From positions 32,318 through 96,317 of the forward strand of contig CAWBXV010000003.1 in assembly GCA_963792875.1 (NCBI GenBank): 64,000 bases of DNA, given 5' to 3'. The DNA comes from an uncultured Gammaproteobacteria bacterium (GTDB lineage: Bacteria > Pseudomonadota > Gammaproteobacteria > Pseudomonadales > JAHEGP01). Shown piece by piece: positions 45,355 through 55,605 of this stretch. The notes beneath the pieces are model-generated. The model saw only the letters and a program-made list of their open reading frames with translations, made no database searches and was not told where the DNA came from. Within the stretch, counting starts at the first letter, position 1; each line of letters opens with the position of its first letter. The position numbers and the translations under genes were made by a program.

Positions 45355-46964
45355 GCGCGGCGCCGGTGCTGCGGGTCGAGGGGCTGCGCGTCACTCTGGG
45401 CGGGGGCGTCGAGCTGGTGCGCGGCGTGAGCTTCGCCATCGCGCGCGGCGAGATCTTCGCCCTGGTGGGAGAGTCCGGATCGGGTAAGTCGCTGACCGCG
45501 CTGGCGGTGATGCGCCTGCTGCCCGAGCCGCTGGTGATCGCCGGCGGTGGCGTCGAGCTCGGCGGCGACGATCTGTTCGCCTGCAGCGAGCGCAGCATGA
45601 ACCGCGAGCGCGGCCGCCGGGTGGCCATGATCTTCCAGGAGCCCCAGTCCTCCCTCAATCCGGTGCTGACCATCGAGCAGCAGCTGTTCGAGGTGCTGCG
45701 GCTGCACCGCGGCATGCGCCTGCAGCAGGCGCGGCCCCGCATGCTGGCGCTGCTGGAGGAGGTGGGCATACCGGACCCCGCCGCGCGCTTGAGCTGGTAC
45801 CCGCATCAGCTCTCCGGCGGGCAGAAGCAGCGCATCATGATCGCCATGGCGCTGGCCTGCGAGCCGGCGCTGCTGATCGCGGATGAGCCCACCACCGCGC
45901 TGGACGTGACCATTCAGAAGCAGGTGCTCGATCTGCTCAAGCGGCTCTGCCGCAAGCGCGATCTGGCCGTGCTGCTGATCACCCACGACATGGGGGTGGT
46001 CGCCGAGATGGCGGACCGGGTGGCGGTGATGCGCAGCGGCGCGATCGTCGAGGAGGCGGCGGCGGCGGCGTTCTTCCGCGACCCGCAGCACCCCTACAGC
46101 CGCGAGCTCATCGGCGCGCTGCCCGACCCCGATCACTTTCTGCCGGCGCGGCCTGCGGGGGAGGGGGCGCCGGTGCTGGAGGTCACCAATCTCAAGGTGT
46201 GGTTCCCGCTGCGCAAGGGCCTGTTGCAGCGGGTGACCGGTTACACGCGCGCGGTGGACGGCGTCGACATCGCGCTGCAGCAGGGCGAGACTCTGGCGCT
46301 GGTCGGCGAATCGGGCTGCGGCAAGACCACCACCGGCATGGCCATACTGGGCTTCAATCCGCTGCGCGAGGGCACCATACGCTTCCGCGGCCAGCCGCTG
46401 AACGGGCTGTCCCGGGCGGCCTACCTGCCCTTCCGCAAGGAGATACAGGTCATCTTCCAGGACCCGTTCTCATCGATGAACCCGCGCATGACGGTGCAGG
46501 ACATCATCGAGGAGGGCATGGTCAGCCTCGGCGTCGAGTCCGACCCTGCGCGCCGACGGCAGCGGGTGCTCGAGCTGCTGCTGCGGGTCGGCCTGGAGGG
46601 CGACCACCGGCGGCGCTACCCGCACGAGTTTTCCGGCGGACAGCGGCAGCGCATCGCCATCGCGCGCGCGCTGGCGGTCAAGCCCAGCGTGATCGTCTGC
46701 GACGAACCCACCAGCGCCCTGGACGTGTCGATCCGCTGCCAGGTGCTCGACCTGCTGAAGCAGCTGCAGGACGAGGAGGGGCTCTCCTACCTGTTCATCA
46801 CCCACGACCTGTCGCTCATCGCCCACATCGCCCATCGCGTGGCGGTCATGCGCGACGGCCGCATCGTCGAGCAGGGAGCCGCGGCAACGGTGCTGCGCCA
46901 GCCGCGCGACGACTATACGCGCACGCTGCTGGACGCCGCCCCGCGGCTGCCGACGCTCGCCTGA
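45351..46964 (+). CDS. ABC transporter ATP-binding protein with two fused ATPase domains (YejF-like)
   Basis: Two Walker A motifs (GESGSGKS, GESGCGKT), two LSGGQ motifs (LSGGQKQR, FSGGQRQR) and two Walker B motifs (LLIADEPT, VIVCDEPT). ATG overlaps the previous stop. Confidence 0.9.
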   Translation: MSAAPVLRVEGLRVTLGGGVELVRGVSFAIARGEIFALVGESGSGKSLTALAVMRLLPEPLVIAGGGVELGGDDLFACSERSMNRERGRRVAMIFQEPQSSLNPVLTIEQQLFEVLRLHRGMRLQQARPRMLALLEEVGIPDPAARLSWYPHQLSGGQKQRIMIAMALACEPALLIADEPTTALDVTIQKQVLDLLKRLCRKRDLAVLLITHDMGVVAEMADRVAVMRSGAIVEEAAAAAFFRDPQHPYSRELIGALPDPDHFLPARPAGEGAPVLEVTNLKVWFPLRKGLLQRVTGYTRAVDGVDIALQQGETLALVGESGCGKTTTGMAILGFNPLREGTIRFRGQPLNGLSRAAYLPFRKEIQVIFQDPFSSMNPRMTVQDIIEEGMVSLGVESDPARRRQRVLELLLRVGLEGDHRRRYPHEFSGGQRQRIAIARALAVKPSVIVCDEPTSALDVSIRCQVLDLLKQLQDEEGLSYLFITHDLSLIAHIAHRVAVMRDGRIVEQGAAATVLRQPRDDYTRTLLDAAPRLPTLA

Positions 46965-46983
46965 AACCGCCGCTGCGCCGGCG

Positions 46984-47565
46984 TCAGTCCCGCTCTGCCT
47001 GGGTGCTGGCGTCGCGGGCGAACAGCACCAGGTACTCGCCGTAGCCCTCGTCCTCCATGGCCTCGCGCGGCACGAACCTCAGCGCCGCTGAGTTGATGCA
47101 GTAGCGCTTGCCGGTCGGCTTGGGGCCGTCGTTGAAGACGTGGCCCAGGTGTGAGTCGGCATGGCGGCTGCGCAGCTCGGTGCGCGGGAGGAACAGCACG
47201 AAGTCGGTGCGGGTGACGATATTGCCGGGTTCCAGTGAGCGCCAGAAGCTCGGCCAGCCGGTGCCTGATTTGTACATGTGCGTCGACGAAAACAGCGGCT
47301 CGCCGCTGACCACGTCGACGTAGATGCCCTCCTCGGTGTTGTTCCAGTACAGATTGTCGAAGGGCGGCTCCGTGGCGTCCTGCTGGGTGACGCGGTACTG
47401 CAGGTCGCTCAGATTCTCCCGCAGGGTGCGGTCGTCGGGCTTGCTGAAGGTGCTGGGGTCGAAGCCCGCAGCGGCCGAGGCGGCCAGCCAGGCGGTGACG
47501 GCAAGCAGGGGGACGATGGTGCGCGTGCAGTGGCGGCGAATCATGGCAGGTTTCCGTTGCTTCAT
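46984..47565 (-). CDS. msrB: Peptide-methionine (R)-S-oxide reductase MsrB with a signal peptide
   Basis: SelR domain motifs [17 protein letters not shown] and the catalytic RYCINSAAL. The N-terminal hydrophobic segment is …[18 protein letters not shown]. The start is ambiguous (47595, 47565 or 47544). Confidence 0.85.
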   Translation of the reverse strand: MKQRKPAMIRRHCTRTIVPLLAVTAWLAASAAAGFDPSTFSKPDDRTLRENLSDLQYRVTQQDATEPPFDNLYWNNTEEGIYVDVVSGEPLFSSTHMYKSGTGWPSFWRSLEPGNIVTRTDFVLFLPRTELRSRHADSHLGHVFNDGPKPTGKRYCINSAALRFVPREAMEDEGYGEYLVLFARDASTQAERD

Positions 47566-48015
47566 TGGCAGTTTTGACGTGCTGGCGCCGCACAAGTTCC
47601 GCCGCGCGCGTTCGTGGCGCTGGCGCGGCGGCTGCCCTGCCCGCCCGTATTGTGCTGGATTTCAAAGAATCAGCCGTTTATGCTAGCCCTGTGCCTAAGG
47701 CGTTGCGTTGTTAAGCGCGCGTACAGCGCGCCTGCAGTGCGTGACGGGTCTGCGGTTGGGCGCACAAGGTTGGGGTTGGCGAGACGTGCCGAAATCCGAT
47801 GCGGAGGCGGTGGTTGAGCACCCGAAGCACGCTGGGCTTTTGATAGGTCCGCAGCCCCGCTGGCAGGCGGCACCAGTGCCCCCTGTCCGCCGGGAGAGCG
47901 GCCAGCGACAGCAGGGGAAGCGCCCCTGGAGCTGCCATCCGTAATTGTTGCTGGCAATCGAAGCACGGCAGATAAGATCAATAACAACTGTTTTCGTGTA
48001 TCAGGGAGCTGAGCT

Positions 48016-49275
48016 ATGTCCGGTAATAATGCAAATATAAGAAAGTGGAGCGGTGAGGATACCGCGTGGATGTTTACGCTGTTCGGCACCGCGGTGGGTG
48101 CCGGCATTCTGTTTCTGCCGCTCAAGGCCGGTAGCGGGGGCATCTGGCCCGTGCTCATCGCGGCCCTGCTCATCGGCCCGATGACCTATCTGGCGCACCG
48201 CGGCCTGGCGCGGGTCTGTCTGACCTCGTCCAACCCCGACGGTGACATCACCGACGCCGTTACCGAACATTTCGGCGGCGCGGCCGGATCGCTCATCACC
48301 CTGGGATACTTTATCGCCATCTACCCGATCGTGATGGTCTACGGCATCGGGCTCACCAACGCGGTGACCAACGTGGCGGTCAATCTGCTGGGCATGGAGA
48401 CGCCGAACCGGCTGATCCTCAGTGGCGTGATCGTCATCGGCCTGGTGCTGATCATGCTGACCAGCCACAAGGTCGTGGTGCGCGTCACGGAACTGATCGT
48501 CACGCCGCTGGTGCTGATTCTCCTGGGTGTTTCGCTCTACCTGATTCCGCAGTGGGAATTCAGCCGGTTTGAGTTTGACGGTGACTGGGGCGGCATGGTC
48601 AAGACGGTGCTGCTGATGATCCCCCTGCTGGTGTTCGCGTTCAACCACTCGCCGGCGGTTTCCACCTTCGCGGGCGACTACCGCAAGGCCGAGGGCGATG
48701 TCAACGCAGAGCCCCTGGCCTCGCGCACGCTGCTGCGCACGTCGATGATGCTGACCGTGTTCGTGATGTTCTTCGTGTTCTCCTGCGTCATGGCGCTCTC
48801 GCCCGATGAACTGGCGCAGGCCAGGGCGAACAACCTGTCCACGCTGGACGCCTTTGCCGGCAGAGACGTGGAGGGCATCAACTGGTTCGGCTGGCTCGCC
48901 AGTATCGTCGCCATGATCGCCATCACCAGTTCCTTCTTCGGCCACTACCTGGGCACGGCCGAGGGTCTGCATGGCCTGATCGCGCAGCGCCTGCGGGGTG
49001 GCGATGCGAACAAGGCGATCAATGACAAGGCGATCCGCACCTTCGTGACCATCTTCATCGTCGCGACCGTGTGGTGGGTGGCCAACGCCAACTGGAGCGT
49101 GATCGGCATGATCGAGGACATCGTGTCCCCCATCCTGGCGATCATCCTGTTCATCATGCCGGTGGTCGCCACCCGCACGGTGCCGGCGATGGCCAAGTAT
49201 CGCAGCGCTGCGGATATCTTCACCCTGGTGGCCGGTCTCATCGCGGTCGGAGGCAAGATAATCTCGCTGATCTAG
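48016..49275 (+). CDS. sdaC: Serine/threonine transporter of the HAAAP family (SdaC/TdcC-like)
   Basis: 419-aa 11-TM protein with an N-terminus (…WSGEDTAWMFTLFGTAVGAGILFLP…) typical of SdaC. It is adjacent to sdaA. Confidence 0.85.
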   Translation: MSGNNANIRKWSGEDTAWMFTLFGTAVGAGILFLPLKAGSGGIWPVLIAALLIGPMTYLAHRGLARVCLTSSNPDGDITDAVTEHFGGAAGSLITLGYFIAIYPIVMVYGIGLTNAVTNVAVNLLGMETPNRLILSGVIVIGLVLIMLTSHKVVVRVTELIVTPLVLILLGVSLYLIPQWEFSRFEFDGDWGGMVKTVLLMIPLLVFAFNHSPAVSTFAGDYRKAEGDVNAEPLASRTLLRTSMMLTVFVMFFVFSCVMALSPDELAQARANNLSTLDAFAGRDVEGINWFGWLASIVAMIAITSSFFGHYLGTAEGLHGLIAQRLRGGDANKAINDKAIRTFVTIFIVATVWWVANANWSVIGMIEDIVSPILAIILFIMPVVATRTVPAMAKYRSAADIFTLVAGLIAVGGKIISLI

Positions 49276-49365
49276 CGGTAAGGCGCGCGGTCCTTCGATG
49301 GACAAATCGAAGGGCCGCGGGTGTGTCAGTACAGGCGGTGAAGGCACAGGCAGGGGTGAACCAGC

Positions 49366-50817
49366 ATGACTCTCAGCGTATTTGACATCTTCAAGGTGGG
49401 CATCGGCCCTTCCAGTTCGCATACCGTGGGGCCGATGTGGGCCGGCCACCGCTTTATCCAGGAGCTCCGCGACAAGGGCATCATCAACAGCGTCGTGTCG
49501 GTGCGCGTCGGACTCTACGGCTCCCTGGCGCTGACCGGCATCGGGCACGGTACCGACAAGGCGTGCATTCTCGGCCTGGCGGGGTTCCGCCCGGACACCA
49601 TCGACCCGGATGAGGCCGACGAAATCTTCGAGCGGGTCAAGGAGCAGGGCATTCTGCATTTTGCCGGCGAGCGCGACGTTCCGTTCAACTACGATACCCA
49701 GATGGTATTTCATATGGGCGAGTCGCTGCCCGAGCACCCCAACGGCATGCGCATCTTTGCCAGCGACGCCAGCGGCATCGTGGTGTTCTACAAGACCTAC
49801 CTCTCGGTCGGCGGCGGTTTCATCAAGACCGCGGACGAAATGCGGGATGAGTCCGGTTCCAGCGAAAAAAAGGCGGAGGGCACGGGTACCGGCGGCAAAA
49901 ACCCTGCGGCCGCTGCTGCTGCGAAGGGACCTGTGGTGCCGTATCCCTTCCGCTACGCAAAAGATCTGCTGGCGTACTACCACAAGTACAATATCTCCAT
50001 CCAGGAGGTGGTCTACGCCAATGAGATGGTTTTGCACAATTGCGGCAAGGAGGCCATTGACGAAAGACTGGACGCCATCTGGGATGTCATGGAATCCTGC
50101 GTCAACCGCGGTATTCAGCAGAGCGGGGTCATGCCGGTGAGCGGCATCAAGCGGCGTGCAGCCGAACTGCACCGGGCCTTGGTGGCCCATCCGGAAGCCA
50201 TGCTGAAAGACCACTTCGCCATCCTGGACTGGGTGGCGCTGTTCGCCATGGCCGCCAACGAGGAGAACGCCTGCGGCGGGCGCGTGGTGACCGCGCCCAC
50301 CAACGGTGCCGCCGGGGTGATTCCCGCGGTCATCTCCTACTACAAGCGCTTCGTTCCCGGCGCGGACCAGCAGGGCATCCGCGAGTTCATGCTGACCGCC
50401 GGCGCGATCGGCATGCTCTACAAACTGAATGCTTCCATCTCCGGCGCCGAGGTCGGTTGCCAGGGCGAGGTCGGCGTCGCCTGCTCGATGGCGGCGGGGG
50501 GGCTGACGCGGGTAATGGGCGGCACCATGATGCAGGTCGAGAATGCCGCCGAGATCGGCATGGAGCATCACCTGGGCATGACCTGCGACCCCATCGGCGG
50601 TCTGGTGCAGGTGCCCTGCATCGAGCGCAACAGCATGGGTGCCATCAAGGCTATCACGGCCAGCCGCCTGTCCCTGCGGGGGGATGGCACGCACACCGTC
50701 TCGCTGGATGCGGTGATCGAGACCATGTACCGCACCGGCATGGATATCCAGGCCAAGTACCGTGAGACCTCCCTGGGTGGGCTGGCGATCTATGCCACCA
50801 ATCTGGCGGAGTGCTGA
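49366..50817 (+). CDS. sdaA: L-serine ammonia-lyase (Fe-S dependent, fused alpha/beta)
   Basis: [25 protein letters not shown]-terminus and the …[19 protein letters not shown]… motif. Confidence 0.9.
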   Translation: MTLSVFDIFKVGIGPSSSHTVGPMWAGHRFIQELRDKGIINSVVSVRVGLYGSLALTGIGHGTDKACILGLAGFRPDTIDPDEADEIFERVKEQGILHFAGERDVPFNYDTQMVFHMGESLPEHPNGMRIFASDASGIVVFYKTYLSVGGGFIKTADEMRDESGSSEKKAEGTGTGGKNPAAAAAAKGPVVPYPFRYAKDLLAYYHKYNISIQEVVYANEMVLHNCGKEAIDERLDAIWDVMESCVNRGIQQSGVMPVSGIKRRAAELHRALVAHPEAMLKDHFAILDWVALFAMAANEENACGGRVVTAPTNGAAGVIPAVISYYKRFVPGADQQGIREFMLTAGAIGMLYKLNASISGAEVGCQGEVGVACSMAAGGLTRVMGGTMMQVENAAEIGMEHHLGMTCDPIGGLVQVPCIERNSMGAIKAITASRLSLRGDGTHTVSLDAVIETMYRTGMDIQAKYRETSLGGLAIYATNLAEC

Positions 50818-50978
50818 TGCGGGCAAGGCGTCGGCGGGCCTGTGGCCTTGCTTGAGCGAGGGTGGCGCCAGGGTGCTGGTCCTATAGAAAAAAGAAGCGC
50901 TACCGCTGTGCCCGCAGGGGCACCCGTCGCATCGCGCGCGGTGGCGTGTGCGTACTAACGGCCCGGGGGGCAGGCACC

Positions 50979-51494
50979 ATGCACGTCCAGTTTATCGTTT
51001 CCATCGTCGGACCCGATCGCTTCGGCCTGCCGAAGCATCTCGCGTCCGCGACCCATGAACTGGGTGGACAGTGGCTCAACAGCAAGGTGATTCGCCTCGG
51101 CGGGCAGTTCGCCGCCCTGATCCGGGTGGAAGTGCCCGCGGTCGAAAGCGCCCGGCTGCGGGCGATGTTCGCCGGCCTGGAGGGCTGTCATGTGGCGTTT
51201 TCCGACGTCAGGACCGCCGCAGACGCGGCGACCCGGACCTGTGCGTTGACGGTCGACGCCGAGGATCGCCCCGGGCTGGTCAGCGACATCACGCACCTGC
51301 TGCAGGAGCATCAGGTGACCATCCAGGACATGCAGTGCCACCGCATGGTCGCCGCAGGGCTGGGCACCAGCATGTTTCGCGGTGAGTTCGACGTCGCCGT
51401 TCCCGGTGGCGTCGATTTGTCGCTGCTGATACGTGACCTCGAGGCGCTGGGCGAGCACGTCATGGTCAGCGTCGACGCCGCAGCGCCGGCCTGA
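50979..51494 (+). CDS. Tandem ACT-domain protein (GcvR-like glycine cleavage system regulator family)
   Basis: About 171 aa. The sequence …VSIVGPDRFGLPKHLASATHELGGQWLNSKVIRLGGQFAALIRV… plus a second ACT-like half follows the GcvR pattern. Start chosen at MHVQF. Confidence 0.6.
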   Translation: MHVQFIVSIVGPDRFGLPKHLASATHELGGQWLNSKVIRLGGQFAALIRVEVPAVESARLRAMFAGLEGCHVAFSDVRTAADAATRTCALTVDAEDRPGLVSDITHLLQEHQVTIQDMQCHRMVAAGLGTSMFRGEFDVAVPGGVDLSLLIRDLEALGEHVMVSVDAAAPA

Positions 51495-51528
51495 TCCCTG
51501 CCGGCCGCGGCCACGCGGCCAGCGCATA

Positions 51529-51602
51529 CTGACCCCTGACCCTGACCCCTGACCCCTGACCCCTGACCCCTGACCCCTGACCCCTGACCCCTGACCCCTG
51601 AT
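51529..51602. repeat. Heptanucleotide microsatellite (CTGACCC)n, about 10 units (one unit is 6 nt)
   Basis: Read directly: ctgaccc ctgacc (ctgaccc)x8 ctgat. It lies in the 127-bp spacer between two convergent genes. Confidence 0.95.
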
Positions 51603-51621
51603 CTGCGCCGCGGGCCGACGC

Positions 51622-52983
51622 TCAGAGCAGCGCCGGGATGCCGGGCAGCATGCCCACCGTCGCCATCGCGGCGCAGCAGACCGCAAAGGCCAGGCCCGGG
51701 ATGATCAGGCGGTCGGCGGTTGAGAGCTTGTCCTTGCGGTGCCTGTCGCCGATCAGGCTGTTGTTGTCCAGCAGCATGGTGATGGCCCAGCCGAACACCG
51801 GGTTGACCACGGCGGAGGCGAAGATGCAGATGCCCGCGGCCTGGGCATCCTTGGTGTCCTTGACCATCTGCATGCCGGCCTCCAGCAGGGGCAGGAATAC
51901 GCCCACCAGCAGGGCGATGCTCATGACCGGCACCCACACGGTCACGTCCATCGGGTAGCCGATGACGGCCACCAGCACGCACATGATGCCCAGCAGAATG
52001 GCCCCTCCCGGGATGGGGCGCTTGGCGATGGCGGCCGGAATCATGTACGTGCCCCACGACGAGGTGATGTTGCCGCCGCCGAAGCCGGTGCCGATAATCT
52101 GCCGGATCGAGCAGGCCGTCATGGTGTCGTCGACATCCATCAATACATGCTTCGCGTCCTTGGGGTAATTCAGCTCCTGGAAGATGCGGTGCCCCAGGAA
52201 ATCCGGCGACCACATGGCCACCGCCAGGATGGCGAAGGGCAGGGATGCGATGAAGTGGCCGGCGTTGGGCAGGCCCAGCTTCCAGCCCGTCTCGGTGCCG
52301 CCCCACCAGTACGCCGGGTTCAGGTTGGGCAGTCCGGGGTCCGTGGTGAACTCCAGGGGGGCACCCATGGCCAGGGCGATGGCGACGGCCAACGCGGAGC
52401 AGGCCGGTATGGACAGCCAGCGCTTGCCGATGCGGGCCAGGTAGGCGTAGAGGCAGATATTGGCGAACAGCACGGCGAGGGCGATATACCCCATGTCCAG
52501 CTCGGTCGCCCAGGTCTTGAGGCTGTTGATCTGCGACAGCGCGCCCATCAGGCCGAGGAATACCAGCAGCCCGCCGGCCACGCCGTCGCCGGTCAGGTTG
52601 ACCAGGCGCGAGCCCCCCTTGGTAATGCTCAGAATCAAGCCGAAGATGCCCAGCAGGATGGCCAGCGCCAGGGGGTGGCCGCCGGCGGCGACGATCATGG
52701 GGATCATGGGGATCATGGGGCCGTGATTGCCCGCCAGGTTGGCGCGCGGGTTCAGAAAGCCCGACGTCAGGATAACGAACAGCGTGGCGGATACCAGCAG
52801 CTCGATGCGCACGTTCTCGATGACGAAGTCCGGGCCCAGGCCGAAGCCCTTGGCGTAGGACGCCATCACCGCGGAGTACATCACGGTGATGCCGATGGTG
52901 CCGGCGAGTGCGGGGACGAGGTCTTCCCACTCGAAGCGGAAATCGCGCCCCGGCAGATTCAGGCGCCAGCGCCTGGGGTTCAT
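51622..52983 (-). CDS. Polytopic inner-membrane protein, putative transporter (possibly DUF3360-like); function uncertain
   Basis: More than 10 predicted TM helices. An upstream in-frame ATG at 53079 is also possible. It contains an MIPMIPMI micro-duplication. Confidence 0.55.
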   Translation of the reverse strand: MNPRRWRLNLPGRDFRFEWEDLVPALAGTIGITVMYSAVMASYAKGFGLGPDFVIENVRIELLVSATLFVILTSGFLNPRANLAGNHGPMIPMIPMIVAAGGHPLALAILLGIFGLILSITKGGSRLVNLTGDGVAGGLLVFLGLMGALSQINSLKTWATELDMGYIALAVLFANICLYAYLARIGKRWLSIPACSALAVAIALAMGAPLEFTTDPGLPNLNPAYWWGGTETGWKLGLPNAGHFIASLPFAILAVAMWSPDFLGHRIFQELNYPKDAKHVLMDVDDTMTACSIRQIIGTGFGGGNITSSWGTYMIPAAIAKRPIPGGAILLGIMCVLVAVIGYPMDVTVWVPVMSIALLVGVFLPLLEAGMQMVKDTKDAQAAGICIFASAVVNPVFGWAITMLLDNNSLIGDRHRKDKLSTADRLIIPGLAFAVCCAAMATVGMLPGIPALL

Positions 52984-53348
52984 GATGGTGAGTTCGTGGT
53001 CGAGATAGTCCGATCGTGATGTGAATTCACTGCTCGGCCGGTGGCGATCCCGGTAACTGCCGCCCTGTTGTGACTGCATGGGGGTACTCGCTCTGCAACG
53101 CTGTTGTTATTGGCTTATGCGCTCATCGTGACCGCCGCGCGGCTGCGCCGGGCTGGCGCGGGAGCGCGTCATGGCGATTCGATGAGCACAGCACGTCTCC
53201 GATTATAAAGAAGTGGCGGAAGATTGTTAGTGAAAAGGTCAGCTACCGGCCGCGGGCCGCGGCGGCTGGCAGCGGCGCAGCGGCTGTCGTATGATGGTCT
53301 CGGTCGGGCCGCGGGTCCGGCTGCACCTGCCGAGCAGAGACCACGCCG

Positions 53349-53780
53349 ATGCCGTTGGCCAGACTGATTCTCTCGATTACCGCCGCGATCTGGATGGGCT
53401 ATGGCGGTTGGCTCTTTTTCGATCCCACCGGTCTGCGCTACGCCGGCTTCGAGCTGACCCACTGGAGCGCCATCGTCGAGGTGCAGGCGATGTACGGCGC
53501 GGTGGAGTTCATGCTCGGCGTGTTCGCGCTGCTGGGCGTGCTCAGGCCGCAGCGCTATATGCACCCGGCCCTGCTGCTGTGGTTTTTTATCTACTCCGCG
53601 CTGGTGGTGGGGCGGCTGGTGGGCATTGCCCAATGGGGCGGCAGCTACGCGCTGGCGTTTGGCGCCGATGCCCTGCCCGGCAGCTACAACCCGGGGGCGC
53701 TGTGGCTGCTGGAGCTGCCGTCGGCGCTGCTGCTGCTGATCGCCCTGATCGCGACCCGCGACCGGGCTCCGGCGGGTTGA
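53349..53780 (+). CDS. Small four-TM membrane protein (DUF4345-like)
   Basis: 143 aa with four hydrophobic helices. Tentative family assignment from memory. Confidence 0.45.
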   Translation: MPLARLILSITAAIWMGYGGWLFFDPTGLRYAGFELTHWSAIVEVQAMYGAVEFMLGVFALLGVLRPQRYMHPALLLWFFIYSALVVGRLVGIAQWGGSYALAFGADALPGSYNPGALWLLELPSALLLLIALIATRDRAPAG

Positions 53781-53782
53781 GG

Positions 53783-54628
53783 GTGCCGGTGGTGCCGCCC
53801 CTGGTCGTGCGCGACATCGACTTCCGCTTCGACGACAGCATTCCCTTCCACTGGAATCCCGGCAACCCGTGCTGGGGCAACCTGGTCAACTTCATCACCC
53901 TGATCGCGCCGGCCTTCGAGCGCTACGCCATTCGCGCCACGCGCGCTGCGCTGCCGCTGATCCGGGACCCGGCGGTGCGGCGCGACGCCGAGCTGTTCTG
54001 CCGGCAGGAGGCGCAGCACGCGCGCCACCACATCGCCCACATGGCGCTGCTGCTGCGCCAGCACCCGGGCCTGGGCGACGTGGTGGGGGCCATCAATGCC
54101 TCCTTCGAAGCCATGTACCGGCGCGAGCCCCTGCGCTACCACCTGGCCTACGTGGCCACCGTGGAGCTGTGCTTCGGCCCGCTGGCCGCTTTTTTCATCG
54201 ACAATCGCCGGGCCCTGTTCGTCGACGCGGACCCGCGCATCGCCGCCTTTATCCTGTGGCATCTGGTGGAGGAGTTCGAACACCGCAACAGCGCCATCGA
54301 CATCTTCAATGACGTCGTGGGCCGCCACGGCTACCGCCTGCGGACCCTGCCGGCGGTGGCGCGGCAGCTGGCCGCTATCGAGCGCATCGCCCGCGAGGGT
54401 TTCAACCGGGTGGTCCCGGCCGGTCCCGGCGGGGTCGCGGCGGGGGACGTCCGGAGCGCCCTGGCGGCGATACCGCGGCGCCGGCAGCTGGGTCTGCTGT
54501 GCCGCCTGGCCGCGACGCTGCTGCCGGGGCACCGGCCCGAGCGGTTGCCCCAGCCCGAGTGGGTGACCCGGTGGTTCGCCGAGCAGGCGGCGGGGGTGGA
54601 TATGGCGCGGTACTATCCGGGGACCTGA
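53783..54628 (+). CDS. Predicted metal-dependent hydrolase family protein (PF10118-like)
   Basis: …DIDFRFDDSIPFHWNPGNP…, QEAQHARHH and HLVEEFEHRN (His/Glu-rich di-iron/metal-type motifs). The start is one of TTG 53777, GTG 53783 or GTG 53789, abutting the previous gene. Confidence 0.55.
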   Translation: MPVVPPLVVRDIDFRFDDSIPFHWNPGNPCWGNLVNFITLIAPAFERYAIRATRAALPLIRDPAVRRDAELFCRQEAQHARHHIAHMALLLRQHPGLGDVVGAINASFEAMYRREPLRYHLAYVATVELCFGPLAAFFIDNRRALFVDADPRIAAFILWHLVEEFEHRNSAIDIFNDVVGRHGYRLRTLPAVARQLAAIERIAREGFNRVVPAGPGGVAAGDVRSALAAIPRRRQLGLLCRLAATLLPGHRPERLPQPEWVTRWFAEQAAGVDMARYYPGT

Positions 54629-54729
54629 GCGCGGCGCCCGGCCGTGGGGCGGCGGCCGCCCGAACGCCGGGCAAAAAAAGAGGGAGCCTTGCGGCTCCCT
54701 CGGGGTTTCAGCTCAGGCCGATCGACGGA

Positions 54730-55605
54730 TCAGAAGCTGAAGGCCCAGCCCGCCAGCGGCCCGTTGAGGTTGATGGTGGTCGCATGGCCATTATCATCCT
54801 CTTCGGTGACGCTCTGGTAGGTGCGCCAGCCCAGCCAGAAGTTGTTGAGTTTGCTCACGCGGTACATGTAGCGAACGTCGACCTGCCAGGCGGAGCCGCT
54901 GTCGCCGGCAACGGCCACGTCGCCGTAGAGGTTGATGCCGTGGCGCTTGGTGTTGCCCATCCACCAGGCGTACTGCAGGCCCAGCAGGTAGTCCCACATG
55001 TCATCGGGCTCGACGCTTGCATCCCCCTTGAAGTTTTCATCGGCGTCAACCGGGGGAACAATACAGAGCTTGCTGCAGCCCGCGGGATATCCAGGGAAAT
55101 TGATCTTGGCGTTGCCTTCGAGTTCCACGGTGACATCCACCTGGGTTACGCGCCCGAGGGTGAACAGCCGCAGGTTGCGCCACAGATTCCAAGAGAGGCC
55201 GATGTCGTACATGCCCATCTTGAGGCCGACGTCGATATCGAGATCCAGGCCGCCCAAATCGCCCTCAAAGCCCGTAGATACGGTTTCGGGCCGCAGGTCC
55301 ATGTACATGGCCTTGGCGACGAAGCCGAACCACTTGTAGTTGAGGTAGAACTCACCCATAAAGCCCATGCCGAGGTTGGTCAGGATATCCTTGAACGGGA
55401 TGGTCACCTCCAGGTCGTCGGCGTCCGTTTCGATATTGAGGTTGATCTCCGGCGCCCACAGCATGGGGAAGGCGACGACGATGCGGAATTCTTCCGACCC
55501 GCTGTCCCAGTACTGACCCTTGGGAATTTCCATCTGGGCATGGGCGTTTGCCGAGACCAGCGCGCCCCCCAGCGCAACGGTTTGTAGCAGTCTGCTTGTT
55601 TTCAT
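54730..55605 (-). CDS. Outer-membrane beta-barrel protein (291 aa), family unknown
   Basis: Signal peptide MKTSRLLQTVALGGALVSANAHA/Q, amphipathic strand pattern, and a C-terminal …GWAFSF. Confidence 0.6.
   Translation of the reverse strand: MKTSRLLQTVALGGALVSANAHAQMEIPKGQYWDSGSEEFRIVVAFPMLWAPEINLNIETDADDLEVTIPFKDILTNLGMGFMGEFYLNYKWFGFVAKAMYMDLRPETVSTGFEGDLGGLDLDIDVGLKMGMYDIGLSWNLWRNLRLFTLGRVTQVDVTVELEGNAKINFPGYPAGCSKLCIVPPVDADENFKGDASVEPDDMWDYLLGLQYAWWMGNTKRHGINLYGDVAVAGDSGSAWQVDVRYMYRVSKLNNFWLGWRTYQSVTEEDDNGHATTINLNGPLAGWAFSF

Noticed and set aside
47795-47945. Possible tandem glycine-riboswitch-like elements in the roughly 420-nt leader of sdaC: GCGGA…CACCCGAAGCAC…AGGTCCGC, then GGGAGAGCGG…AGGGGAAGC…CTGGAG.
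   Set aside because: There is only loose resemblance. The highly conserved ACCGAAGGGGCAA and CUCAGGCAAAAGGAC cores are not present. This cannot be supported without an Infernal scan (RF00504). The long leader itself may still be regulatory.
48001-50826. 941-codon minus-strand ORF.
   Set aside because: It lies antisense to sdaC and sdaA, both unmistakable. Its translation is Arg/Gly/His-rich nonsense. It is a shadow ORF. The same reasoning applies to 12747-13985, 14040-15590, 25337-26965, 56092-57993, 43933-45084 and similar entries.
51529-51602. Tandem repeat considered as a CRISPR array or as a coding Gly/Gln-rich repeat (ORFs 50955-51686 and 51311-52930).
   Set aside because: The unit is only 7 nt and has no spacers, so it is not a CRISPR array. 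The GQGSGVR peptide repeat is simply three heptamers read in frame within shadow ORFs in the spacer between two convergent genes.
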